Below are positions 40,645 through 52,982 of a stretch of DNA of 64,000 nt, one piece after another; within the stretch, counting starts at the first letter, position 1; each line of letters begins with the position of its first letter. The stretch is from Candidatus Eiseniibacteriota bacterium (lineage in GTDB: Bacteria; Eisenbacteria; RBG-16-71-46). Made by a program: the position numbers and the translations under genes. The notes below the pieces were generated by a model. That model worked only from the letters and a program-made list of their open reading frames with translations, did not search any database and was not told the DNA's origin. The stretch is taken from positions 256,001-320,000 of the forward strand of contig OY970178.1 of NCBI GenBank assembly GCA_963707915.1, in the 5' to 3' direction.

Positions 40645-43600
40645 GGGAGGCTCCGGATCGCAGGGTCAGCCCGGTGCAGATAGCGCGGGAAGCGAGCCCT
40701 ATGATTCTAAGGTCGCCAGGTGCACCGGTCAACGGCCGCCCGCCGCGCCCGGGGGCTCCGCCCGGCGCGTCATCCTCGGCCTGGCGCTCCTCGCCGCCGG
40801 GGCCCTGGCCGGGCGGCCGGGCGTCGCCGCCACGCCATCGCCCGCGGACTGGCGCGACCTGGTCATCTACCAGGTCCTCACCGACCGCTTCTCCGACGGG
40901 AACCCGGCCAACGACTTGGTGGAGGGCAGCTACGCCCCGGCCGACGGCTACCGCATCCACGGTGGCGACTTCGCCGGCCTGACGGCGCGGCTCGACTACC
41001 TGTCGAACCTCGGGGTGGACGCCGTGTGGATCTCGCCGGTGGTGCTCAATGCCAACGCCGAGTACCACGGCTACGCGGCGCGCGACTTCTTCTCGATCGC
41101 GCCGCACTTCGGCACGCTCGCCGACCTGCGCCAGTTCATCCAGGCGGCGCACGCGCGCGGCATCCGGGTCATCATCGACATGGTCTGCAACCACATGGGC
41201 ACGCTCATCAACAGTTCGGGCTCGGGCTGGCCCGCCTACAAGTACCCGGCCGGCTACACGCTCAAGTGGGCGAATTCCGGGAAGCGCTTCGCCGGGGTGT
41301 TCGACGATCTGACCAAGTTCCATCCCTACGGCGACATCGGCAACTTCTCGGACCCCGAGCAGATCCTCGGGCAGCTCTCCGGCCTGAACGACCTCAAGAC
41401 GGAGGACCCCGCCGTCCAGCTCGCGCTCTACCAGGCCGCCCGGTTCCTCATCGACAGCACCGATTGCGACGGCTTCCGGGTGGACACCGTCAAGCACGTG
41501 GAGATGTCCTTCTGGAACACCTGGTGCGCGAACGTGCGCCTGTATGCGGCGATCGCCGGGAAGACGCACTTCCTGATGTTCGGGGAGGCCTTCGACGGCG
41601 ACGACGCCAAGGTGGGCTCCTACACCGGCACGATGGCCGGGGGCAACTACAAGTTCGACTCGATGCTCCACTACCCGATGTACTTCACCACCAACGGCGT
41701 GTTCGCCTTCAACGACGCGCCGGCTAATCTCACCAGCCGCTACGCCGCGCTCGCCAACTACGACGTCTCGACCCGCGAGCGGCTCACCACCTTCCTCGAC
41801 AACCACGACAACGCGCGCTTCCTCTCGTTCGGGCTCGCCAACCAGGACGAGAGCCGCCTGCGCGCTGCGCTGGCCTGGCTGCTCACCTCGCGTGGCGTGC
41901 CGATCCTGTATTACGGGACCGAGCAGAACTTCGACGGCGGCGGCGACCCGTGGTGCCGCGAGGACATGTGGGCCGGGCAGTGGAACTACGGTCCGTCGCT
42001 GGGCGACAACTTCGACGAGTCCCACGCACTGTTCCGCCACGTGCGCGAGATCCTGGAGGCCCGCCGGCGCCACGAGGCCCTGCGGCGCGGGGCCACGACC
42101 GAGCTGTACGCCGAGGCCACGGGACCGGGGCTCTACGTCTTCCGCCGCGAGAGCGCGACCGACAGCGTGCTGGTGGCGATCAACACATCCAACGGTCCGC
42201 TGACGCGCGAGGTGGCCACGCCGTGGCCCGCGGGCACGGGGCTGGTGGACGCGCTCGAGCCCGGGCTGACCGCGACGGTGGGCGCGGGCGGTGCGCTCGC
42301 GCTGCCGCTGCCGGCGCGGGGCGCGCGCATCTACGAGTCGGCCTCGGCGCGCGCGGCGGGGCTCGCGGCGGAGGACCGGCTTCACGTGACGGGCGTGGCG
42401 CCGGCCCACGACCGGGCCGTCAACGACCTGTGGTCCCCGTTGATCGTCGCCTTCGACCGCGAGGTGGACGGGGCGGCGTTGGCCGGCGCGTTCAGCGTCA
42501 CGCCCGCGACGGCGGGCACGTGGCAGGCGTCCGGGCGGGAGGCGCGCTTCTACCCGGGCACCCCCTGGAGCGCAGGGCAGACCTACGCCTGGGCGATCGA
42601 CACCACCCTGCGCGCGACCGACGGCGCCCGGCTCCCCGCACGTTTCGAAGCCCGCTTCCGAACGCTCGCCTACTCGACCGGCGTCACCGTGCCGGCGGGC
42701 TACGTCGCCGACCGCATCGCGCGCCAGGACCTCGAGGCGCCCGAGGGGCTGCTGCCCGCTCCCTGGCTCGGGCCCGGCGTGATGCTGCTGGCCGACGCGG
42801 GACGCGACCGGCTCTTCACGCTCACCACCGGCGGCGACCTCGGCCACTACCTCGGCGACTCGCGCTGGAGCAGGCCCGAGGGCCTGGCGCTCGCCGCCGA
42901 CGGCAGCCTCGCGGTGACCGACCCCAACGGGCTCTTCCAGGCCGACGCGCACCGCATGACCACGCTCGCGCTGGGCGGCTCGACCGCCACGGCGGCCGGG
43001 GCCCTGGCCGGCGGACCGGGCGCGTTCCTCGACCGGCTCTACCTCTGCGACCCGGCGAATGACCGCGTGGTGCGCACCACGGCCGGCGGCGCGCTCGAGA
43101 CGTTCGCCACCGGCGTGAAGGGCGGCAAGGGACTGGCGTTCGGCCCCGGCGGTGCCTGGGGCACCGATCTCTACGTCGCCGACTGCGATCTCACCTCGCT
43201 CGGCGCCACCGCCGACGGGCCCGGTCGCATCGCGCGTGTGACGCCCGCGGGCGTGGTCAGCACGGTGGCGCAGAACTCCCTCCTGCTGGGCGCCGGCGCC
43301 ATCGCGATCGACCCGTCCGGGCGGTTCGGCGGCGACCTGTTCGCGGCCGACATCCTGAACGAGCGCATCCTGCGCGTCACCGCCGCGGGCTCGGTGAGCG
43401 TCTTCGCCACCGGCTTCGCGAACCTCGCGGGCTCCGGCTGCCTGGCCTTCGGCGACGACGGCGCGCTCTACGTGGCCGACCCCGGCGCGGGCGAGTCGTT
43501 CTCGAAGCCGGGCGGGACGGTGGCGCAGGGCCAGGTCATCCGCATCGCGCCCGCGGTGCTGACCGTGGACGTCCCGCCGGGGGCGCAGGACGTCGGGCTC

Positions 43601-43870
43601 GAATTCGCGCCGCCGGCGCCCAACCCGGCGAGAGGACCGGTGGCCTTCCGCTTCGCGCTTCCGGCCGCGGGGCGCGTCCGGCTGGCGGTCTTCGACGTCA
43701 CCGGGCGCCAGGTCGCGGTGCCGGCGGATGGCGCGTTCCCCGCCGGGGTGCACACCGTGGTTTGGGGCGGAGGCGCCGGGGCCGCACCGCCCGCGGAACC
43801 GGGGCTCTACTTCGCCCGGATCGAGGCGGGCGGGAGCCGGCTCACCCGCCGGATCGTCGTGATCCCATGA
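40643..43870 (+). CDS. Secreted GH13 alpha-amylase with Ig-like, NHL/beta-propeller-like repeats and FlgD/T9SS-like CTD (start uncertain)
   Basis: DWRDLVIYQVLTDRF, HGGDFAG, YHGY, DMVCNH, DGFRVDTVKH, FGEAF, FLDNHD; hydrophobic signal near 40770; PAPNP...FDVTGR. Confidence 0.88.
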   Translation: MGGSGSQGQPGADSAGSEPYDSKVARCTGQRPPAAPGGSARRVILGLALLAAGALAGRPGVAATPSPADWRDLVIYQVLTDRFSDGNPANDLVEGSYAPADGYRIHGGDFAGLTARLDYLSNLGVDAVWISPVVLNANAEYHGYAARDFFSIAPHFGTLADLRQFIQAAHARGIRVIIDMVCNHMGTLINSSGSGWPAYKYPAGYTLKWANSGKRFAGVFDDLTKFHPYGDIGNFSDPEQILGQLSGLNDLKTEDPAVQLALYQAARFLIDSTDCDGFRVDTVKHVEMSFWNTWCANVRLYAAIAGKTHFLMFGEAFDGDDAKVGSYTGTMAGGNYKFDSMLHYPMYFTTNGVFAFNDAPANLTSRYAALANYDVSTRERLTTFLDNHDNARFLSFGLANQDESRLRAALAWLLTSRGVPILYYGTEQNFDGGGDPWCREDMWAGQWNYGPSLGDNFDESHALFRHVREILEARRRHEALRRGATTELYAEATGPGLYVFRRESATDSVLVAINTSNGPLTREVATPWPAGTGLVDALEPGLTATVGAGGALALPLPARGARIYESASARAAGLAAEDRLHVTGVAPAHDRAVNDLWSPLIVAFDREVDGAALAGAFSVTPATAGTWQASGREARFYPGTPWSAGQTYAWAIDTTLRATDGARLPARFEARFRTLAYSTGVTVPAGYVADRIARQDLEAPEGLLPAPWLGPGVMLLADAGRDRLFTLTTGGDLGHYLGDSRWSRPEGLALAADGSLAVTDPNGLFQADAHRMTTLALGGSTATAAGALAGGPGAFLDRLYLCDPANDRVVRTTAGGALETFATGVKGGKGLAFGPGGAWGTDLYVADCDLTSLGATADGPGRIARVTPAGVVSTVAQNSLLLGAGAIAIDPSGRFGGDLFAADILNERILRVTAAGSVSVFATGFANLAGSGCLAFGDDGALYVADPGAGESFSKPGGTVAQGQVIRIAPAVLTVDVPPGAQDVGLEFAPPAPNPARGPVAFRFALPAAGRVRLAVFDVTGRQVAVPADGAFPAGVHTVVWGGGAGAAPPAEPGLYFARIEAGGSRLTRRIVVIP

Positions 43871-43920
43871 TGCGGCCGCATCAACGCTCCCGGGGGTGAC
43901 GCCGGCCCCGGGGTCGAACG

Positions 43921-43964
43921 GCAGCAGGAGAGCCCCGCCGGCCGCGGCGGGGCTCTCCTGTTGC
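43921..43964. terminator. Strong hairpin between convergent genes
   Basis: GCAGCAGGAGAGCCCCGCCG...CGGCGGGGCTCTCCTGTTGC. Confidence 0.6.
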
Positions 43965-43972
43965 CCGGGCGG

Positions 43973-44430
43973 CTACCGGGCGACGACGAACCTGGAGACG
44001 AATGTCCGGCCGCCGGTCGCCAGCCTCACGAAATAGAGCCCCGCGGGCACCGCGCGCCCGCTCTCGTCGCGTCCGTCCCAGGTGAGCGCGCTTTCTCCGG
44101 CGGGCTGGGTGCGGGAGAGCAGTCCGCGCACGCGGCACCCCTGCGGGTCGTAGAGCCCCAGGTCGACCGCCGCCGCGCGCGGCAGGCCGAATCTCAGCGT
44201 GGTGAACCCGGGCGCCGGCTTGGGGGCCGGCGCGGCGAGGCAGAGGACTCCCGGCCGCTCCCCATCCACCACCCCCGCGACCACGACCGGGTAGGTCGTG
44301 GCGTAGCCGCCGACATCGCCGTGGACGTCCACGGCGCAGAGCTTGTAGTACAGGAACGCGCCGACCGGGTCGGCGTAGCCGGTGTCGGGCAGGGTCGCGA
44401 TCAGGTTCCCGGCGCCGGGCACGAAGCGAT
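43973..44430 (-). pseudogene. Orphan C-terminal fragment of a secreted protein (FN3-like half plus FlgD/T9SS-like CTD)
   Basis: FVPGAGNLIA..DTGYAD..YYKLCAVDVHG then LYDPQG..WDGRDESGRAVPAGLYFVRL; no signal peptide or credible start. Confidence 0.6.
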
Positions 44431-44631
44431 GACGAGGGCGGCAAACATCAGGAAGGTCGGCAACGGTGCCGCGGGCAGGTGCATGGCGTGCCTCGGCTGG
44501 ATCATGAACGGCCGTCCCCGCACCGGTGGGCGAGGGTGACTGGAGGACCGAGGAGTGCAGATCGCAACCCCGTGCGCACGCCCGCGCGCCGGCCGGCCAG
44601 CACGAGGCCGGCTCGCGCCCGTCCCCCCGGG

Positions 44632-49147
<4,516 letters not shown>

Positions 49148-49240
49148 TCATGGTACGTCCAGCGGTGGCCGGTGGATGAATGGTGTGTGGAATGGCGCCT
49201 GGGCCGTACAACATTCGGTGGGTCGGGTCTTGCGGGCGGC

Positions 49241-50116
49241 TCAGGCCCGGTCGGGCCTCCGGGCCAGCAGGCGGGCGGTCACCGGGCCGCCCGCCGGCTC
49301 GGGCTCCTCGTAGCGCACGGTCTCGAGCATCGGAAAGGCGCGCGCCAGCTCGTCGCGGGCGAGCAGGAAATGCGCGCGGATCGGCCGGCCGAATCGCTCC
49401 TGCCCTGCGCGGTACGTCTCGTAGACCAGCCAGCCGCCCGGCGCGAGCGCGCGCTCCATCCACGGGAAGAGCGGGCGATGCAGGAAGCGGAAGCAGATGA
49501 CCAGGTCGAAGAGCCGCCCCGGGGGCGGCAGGTCCGGCCGCTCGATGTCGCGCAGTTCCGTGTGCACCGTCACGCCGTGGCGCTCCGCCAGCTCGCGCGC
49601 GCGCTCGAGCGCCTCGGGGGCATGGTCCCAGCCCTCGACCTCGAAGCCGTGCTGGGCGAGGAACACCGCGTCGCGGCCGGCGCCGCAGGCCAGGTCGAGC
49701 GCGGCAGGCGGGTCGCGCAGGGGAGTGCCGCGGGCCGTTGCGGCCGCCCGTGAGCTCAGGATCCCGGGCAGCACCTCCTCGAGGAACGGCGCGGGGTGCC
49801 ACAGGCGCGCCGCGGGGGCGCGGTCGGCGAGACCACCCGCGACCGCGCCGGGCGGCGCGTCGAGCCAGGACACGGAGGAGTAACCCAGCGCCTCGATCGC
49901 GGCGGCCGCGGCCGCCGCGGCGATCGCGTCCTCCGCCACCACCAGGATGGCCGCGCCGCGCGGGGGCAGCTCGGTGCGTCGCGCGCGCAGTTCGGCGCGC
50001 GGGATGTTCCCGCTTCCCGCGAGGTGCCCGCGGGCGAACGTCTCCGTCTCGCGGGTGTCCAGCAGCACGAACCTCCCCGCGCCGGGCTGAACGGTCCGTG
50101 GATCGACGGGTCCCAT
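49241..50116 (-). CDS. Rhodanese-like domain plus class I SAM methyltransferase (TehB-like)
   Basis: LLDTRE..FARGHLAGSGNIP; ALDLACGAGRDAVFLA; FDLVICFRFLHR; LAPGGWLVYETY. Confidence 0.8.
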   Translation of the reverse strand: MGPVDPRTVQPGAGRFVLLDTRETETFARGHLAGSGNIPRAELRARRTELPPRGAAILVVAEDAIAAAAAAAAIEALGYSSVSWLDAPPGAVAGGLADRAPAARLWHPAPFLEEVLPGILSSRAAATARGTPLRDPPAALDLACGAGRDAVFLAQHGFEVEGWDHAPEALERARELAERHGVTVHTELRDIERPDLPPPGRLFDLVICFRFLHRPLFPWMERALAPGGWLVYETYRAGQERFGRPIRAHFLLARDELARAFPMLETVRYEEPEPAGGPVTARLLARRPDRA

Positions 50117-50173
50117 CCGGCCATTCATCGCACGCCAGGCCGCGGTCCGCAAGGGCGGGCCCGGGCCCCGGCG

Positions 50174-50202
50174 TTGACCGCCCCGGTGCGCGCGGGGATA
50201 CT
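50174..50202 (+). promoter_or_regulatory. Putative sigma70 promoter
   Basis: TTGACC-N17-GATACT just upstream of 50219. Confidence 0.45.
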
Positions 50203-50218
50203 GCGCGCGGCCGGGACG

Positions 50219-52135
50219 GTGACCACGACCTTGAAACGATCCAGCCTGCTCCTCCTGTTCCTCCTGATCGCCGGGCCCGCGCACGCCGCCGCCGACCCGG
50301 CCGCCTCGGCGCGCGCCCGCGGCCAGGCCGCGGCGCTCCACCAGCGCTCGCTCGGGTGGCTCGCCCGCAACACCGTGGACACGCGCCGCCAGGCGGTGCG
50401 CGCGCTGGAAGAAGCCACGCTCCTCGATCCCGACAACGCCGAATATCAGCTCGCCCTGGCCCGGGCCTACTACGCGTCGGGCTTCCTGAAGAGCGCGCGG
50501 GAGCGCTTCGAACAGGTGACGCGGCTTCAGCCCAACGAGGCGGGCGGACCCCAGGGGCTGGCCCTGGTCTGGCGGCGGGACTGGCTCAAGTACCTGGACC
50601 GCCGCTCGCTCGCGCGCGCGGTGGAGTTGCTCGCCACCGCGACCCGCCTCGACCCCGGCAACTCCGACGCGTGGCTGACGCTGGCGCCGCTGCTCGTCGA
50701 GCAGGGCGACTTGCCGGGCGCCTCGCGCGCCGCCTTCAGCGCCCTGCGCGCCGATCCGGGCCGGATCGAGGCGCACCTGGCCGTGGCGCACGCGCTGTAT
50801 CGCAGCGGGATGCTCCGCGAGGCCGACAGCGCGTACCGGGCGGTCATCCCGCGCCTGCGCGGGAAGGTGCGGGAGTGCTTCGAGGACATCGGCCCCATCG
50901 CCACCGAGGAGGACACGACCACCCTGCGTCACCTGCCCCGCGCCGACCGCCCCGCGTTCGTCGAGCGTTTCTGGCAGGAGAACGACCCCGACCTCTCGAC
51001 CCCGGAGAACGAGGCGCGTCTCGAGTACTGGGGCCGGGTCACGCAGGCCTACTTCCTCTTCTTCGACGCGCGGCGCGGCGCCTGGGACGAGCGCGGCGAG
51101 GTGTTCGTGCGCTACGGGCCGCCCGCCGAGATGCAGTACGACCCGGTGGGGCAGAGAGCGAGCTGGGCCTTCGGCACCGGGCCGGACTTCCCGGCGAACC
51201 TGATGGTGTGGAGCTACCCGGAGCTGGGCATGACCGTGGTCCTGCAGGACCGGTTGCTCTCCGAGTTCTACCTGTTTCCGCTGTCGCGCTTCTCGGACCC
51301 GGATCCGCGGCCGAATCCCGATTCGCTGGCGAGGTGCGCGGACGCGCTCGGCACGCGCGGCGGGCGCGGCGTGTTCCACCTGCTTCCGCCCGGCACGCGG
51401 CCGCTGCCGGTCGAAGGCGTGGTGGCCCGCTTCGAGGGCGCCGCCGGCCCGCGCGTGCTCGCGCAGTTCGAGGTGCCGGGGGGGGCGGCCGACAGCGTCT
51501 GGGCCGACTGGGCCGTGCTCGACTCCGCGCGGATCGTGCGATCGCGCGGCACGGTGATGCTCGGCCCGTCGGCCTGCGCGGCGGCCTCGCGTCGGGTCGG
51601 CGAGCTGGCCGCCGACCTCGAACCCGGCCCCTACGTCGTCGGCGTGACGGTGCGCGACGCCGCGGACCGGCGCGGGATCCTGCGCGTGCCGGTCCGCGTC
51701 GCGTCCGGCGGGCTCGAGCTCGCGTTGAGCGACGTGGTCATCGCGTGCGGCGCGCCGGCCGCCGGGGAAGGCCCGGTGCGCATCGAGCCCAACCCGGGGG
51801 CGCGCGTCGCCGGGGCGGGGCCGCTCACGGCGTACTTCGAGATCTACCACCTGCGGCCCGGTGACGACGGGCTCGCGCGCTTCGAGTACGTCTATGCCGT
51901 GCGATCCACCCGGCCCGACACGCGTCACTGGATGGCGAAGCTGCTGTCGCCCGCGCCGCCGCCGCCGGTCTCGGTGTCGCGCGAGGAGGTGAACCTGGGC
52001 GCGTTGCGGCGGCAGTTCATCTCCGTGCCGGTGGCCGCGCTGGAGCCCGGCCGCTACCGGCTCGAGATCACCGTGCGCGACCTGGTCGCCGGCACCTCGG
52101 TCACGAAGAAGCTGGGCTTCGTCAAGACGAGGTAG
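50219..52135 (+). CDS. Exported TPR plus GWxTD-domain protein
   Basis: Signal peptide; TPR-like helices; FWQENDPDLSTPENEARLEYWGRV..AWDERGEVFVRYGPP. Confidence 0.8.
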   Translation: MTTTLKRSSLLLLFLLIAGPAHAAADPAASARARGQAAALHQRSLGWLARNTVDTRRQAVRALEEATLLDPDNAEYQLALARAYYASGFLKSARERFEQVTRLQPNEAGGPQGLALVWRRDWLKYLDRRSLARAVELLATATRLDPGNSDAWLTLAPLLVEQGDLPGASRAAFSALRADPGRIEAHLAVAHALYRSGMLREADSAYRAVIPRLRGKVRECFEDIGPIATEEDTTTLRHLPRADRPAFVERFWQENDPDLSTPENEARLEYWGRVTQAYFLFFDARRGAWDERGEVFVRYGPPAEMQYDPVGQRASWAFGTGPDFPANLMVWSYPELGMTVVLQDRLLSEFYLFPLSRFSDPDPRPNPDSLARCADALGTRGGRGVFHLLPPGTRPLPVEGVVARFEGAAGPRVLAQFEVPGGAADSVWADWAVLDSARIVRSRGTVMLGPSACAAASRRVGELAADLEPGPYVVGVTVRDAADRRGILRVPVRVASGGLELALSDVVIACGAPAAGEGPVRIEPNPGARVAGAGPLTAYFEIYHLRPGDDGLARFEYVYAVRSTRPDTRHWMAKLLSPAPPPPVSVSREEVNLGALRRQFISVPVAALEPGRYRLEITVRDLVAGTSVTKKLGFVKTR

Positions 52136-52166
52136 CCGGGGCCGCCGCGGGGCGCGGGCCCGGGCT

Positions 52167-52982
52167 TCAGGCTGGCCCGGCCGCTGCGGCGATGATCGCC
52201 ATCATCTCCCCGTGCAGCGCCGTGTTCGTGGCGAGGACCTGGCGGCCGTCGAGCCGGAACTCGCCGCCGTCGTAGCGGGTCACGCGCCCGCCGGCCTCCC
52301 GCACCAGCAGTGCGCCGGCCGCCATGTCCCAGGGCGAGAGCGACGCTTCCCAGAACCCGTCGAAGCGCCCGCAGGCGAGGTAGCAGAGGTTCAGCGCGGC
52401 CGAGCCGTCGCGGCGGATGGCCTGCGCGCGCACCAGGAACGCCCCGAACAGGGGCAACGAGCGCTCGGGGTTCTCGCGCACGTCGTAGGGGAAACCGGTC
52501 ACCAGCAGCGCGTCGTCGACCCGGGCCACGTCCGACACCCGGATCGCGCGGCCGTTGAGCGTCGCCCCGTGGCCCGCGGCCGCGGCGAACAGTTCGTCGC
52601 GTATCGGATCGTAGACCGCGCCCGCGGCGAGGCGTCCCCCGCTCTCGGCCGCGACGGAGACGCAGAAGAACGGGTAGTTGTGCGTGAAGTTGGTGGTGCC
52701 GTCGAGCGGGTCCACGACCCAGCGCACGGCGCCCGCCGCGTCCGCCGGCCCGCCGGCGTGCGCGCCCGACTCCTCGGCGAGGATGGTGTGGCCCGGGTAG
52801 CGCTTCCGGATGCCGTCGAGCACCAGGCGTTCCGAGCGGCGGTCGTACTCGGTGACCAGGTCGATGCGGCCCTTGTGCTCGGGGACGTGCGCGCGGCCGT
52901 GGCCCTCCCGCAGGATGGCGCCGGCCGCGACGGCCAGTTCCGCCGCGGCGTCGCGCAGCTCGCGCGGATCGGGCGCCCTCAC
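52167..52982 (-). CDS. suhB: Inositol monophosphatase family protein
   Basis: DLVTEYD, ILAEES, WVVDPLDGTTNF, GSAALNLC, WDMAAG; GTGA overlap. Confidence 0.93.
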   Translation of the reverse strand: MRAPDPRELRDAAAELAVAAGAILREGHGRAHVPEHKGRIDLVTEYDRRSERLVLDGIRKRYPGHTILAEESGAHAGGPADAAGAVRWVVDPLDGTTNFTHNYPFFCVSVAAESGGRLAAGAVYDPIRDELFAAAAGHGATLNGRAIRVSDVARVDDALLVTGFPYDVRENPERSLPLFGAFLVRAQAIRRDGSAALNLCYLACGRFDGFWEASLSPWDMAAGALLVREAGGRVTRYDGGEFRLDGRQVLATNTALHGEMMAIIAAAAGPA

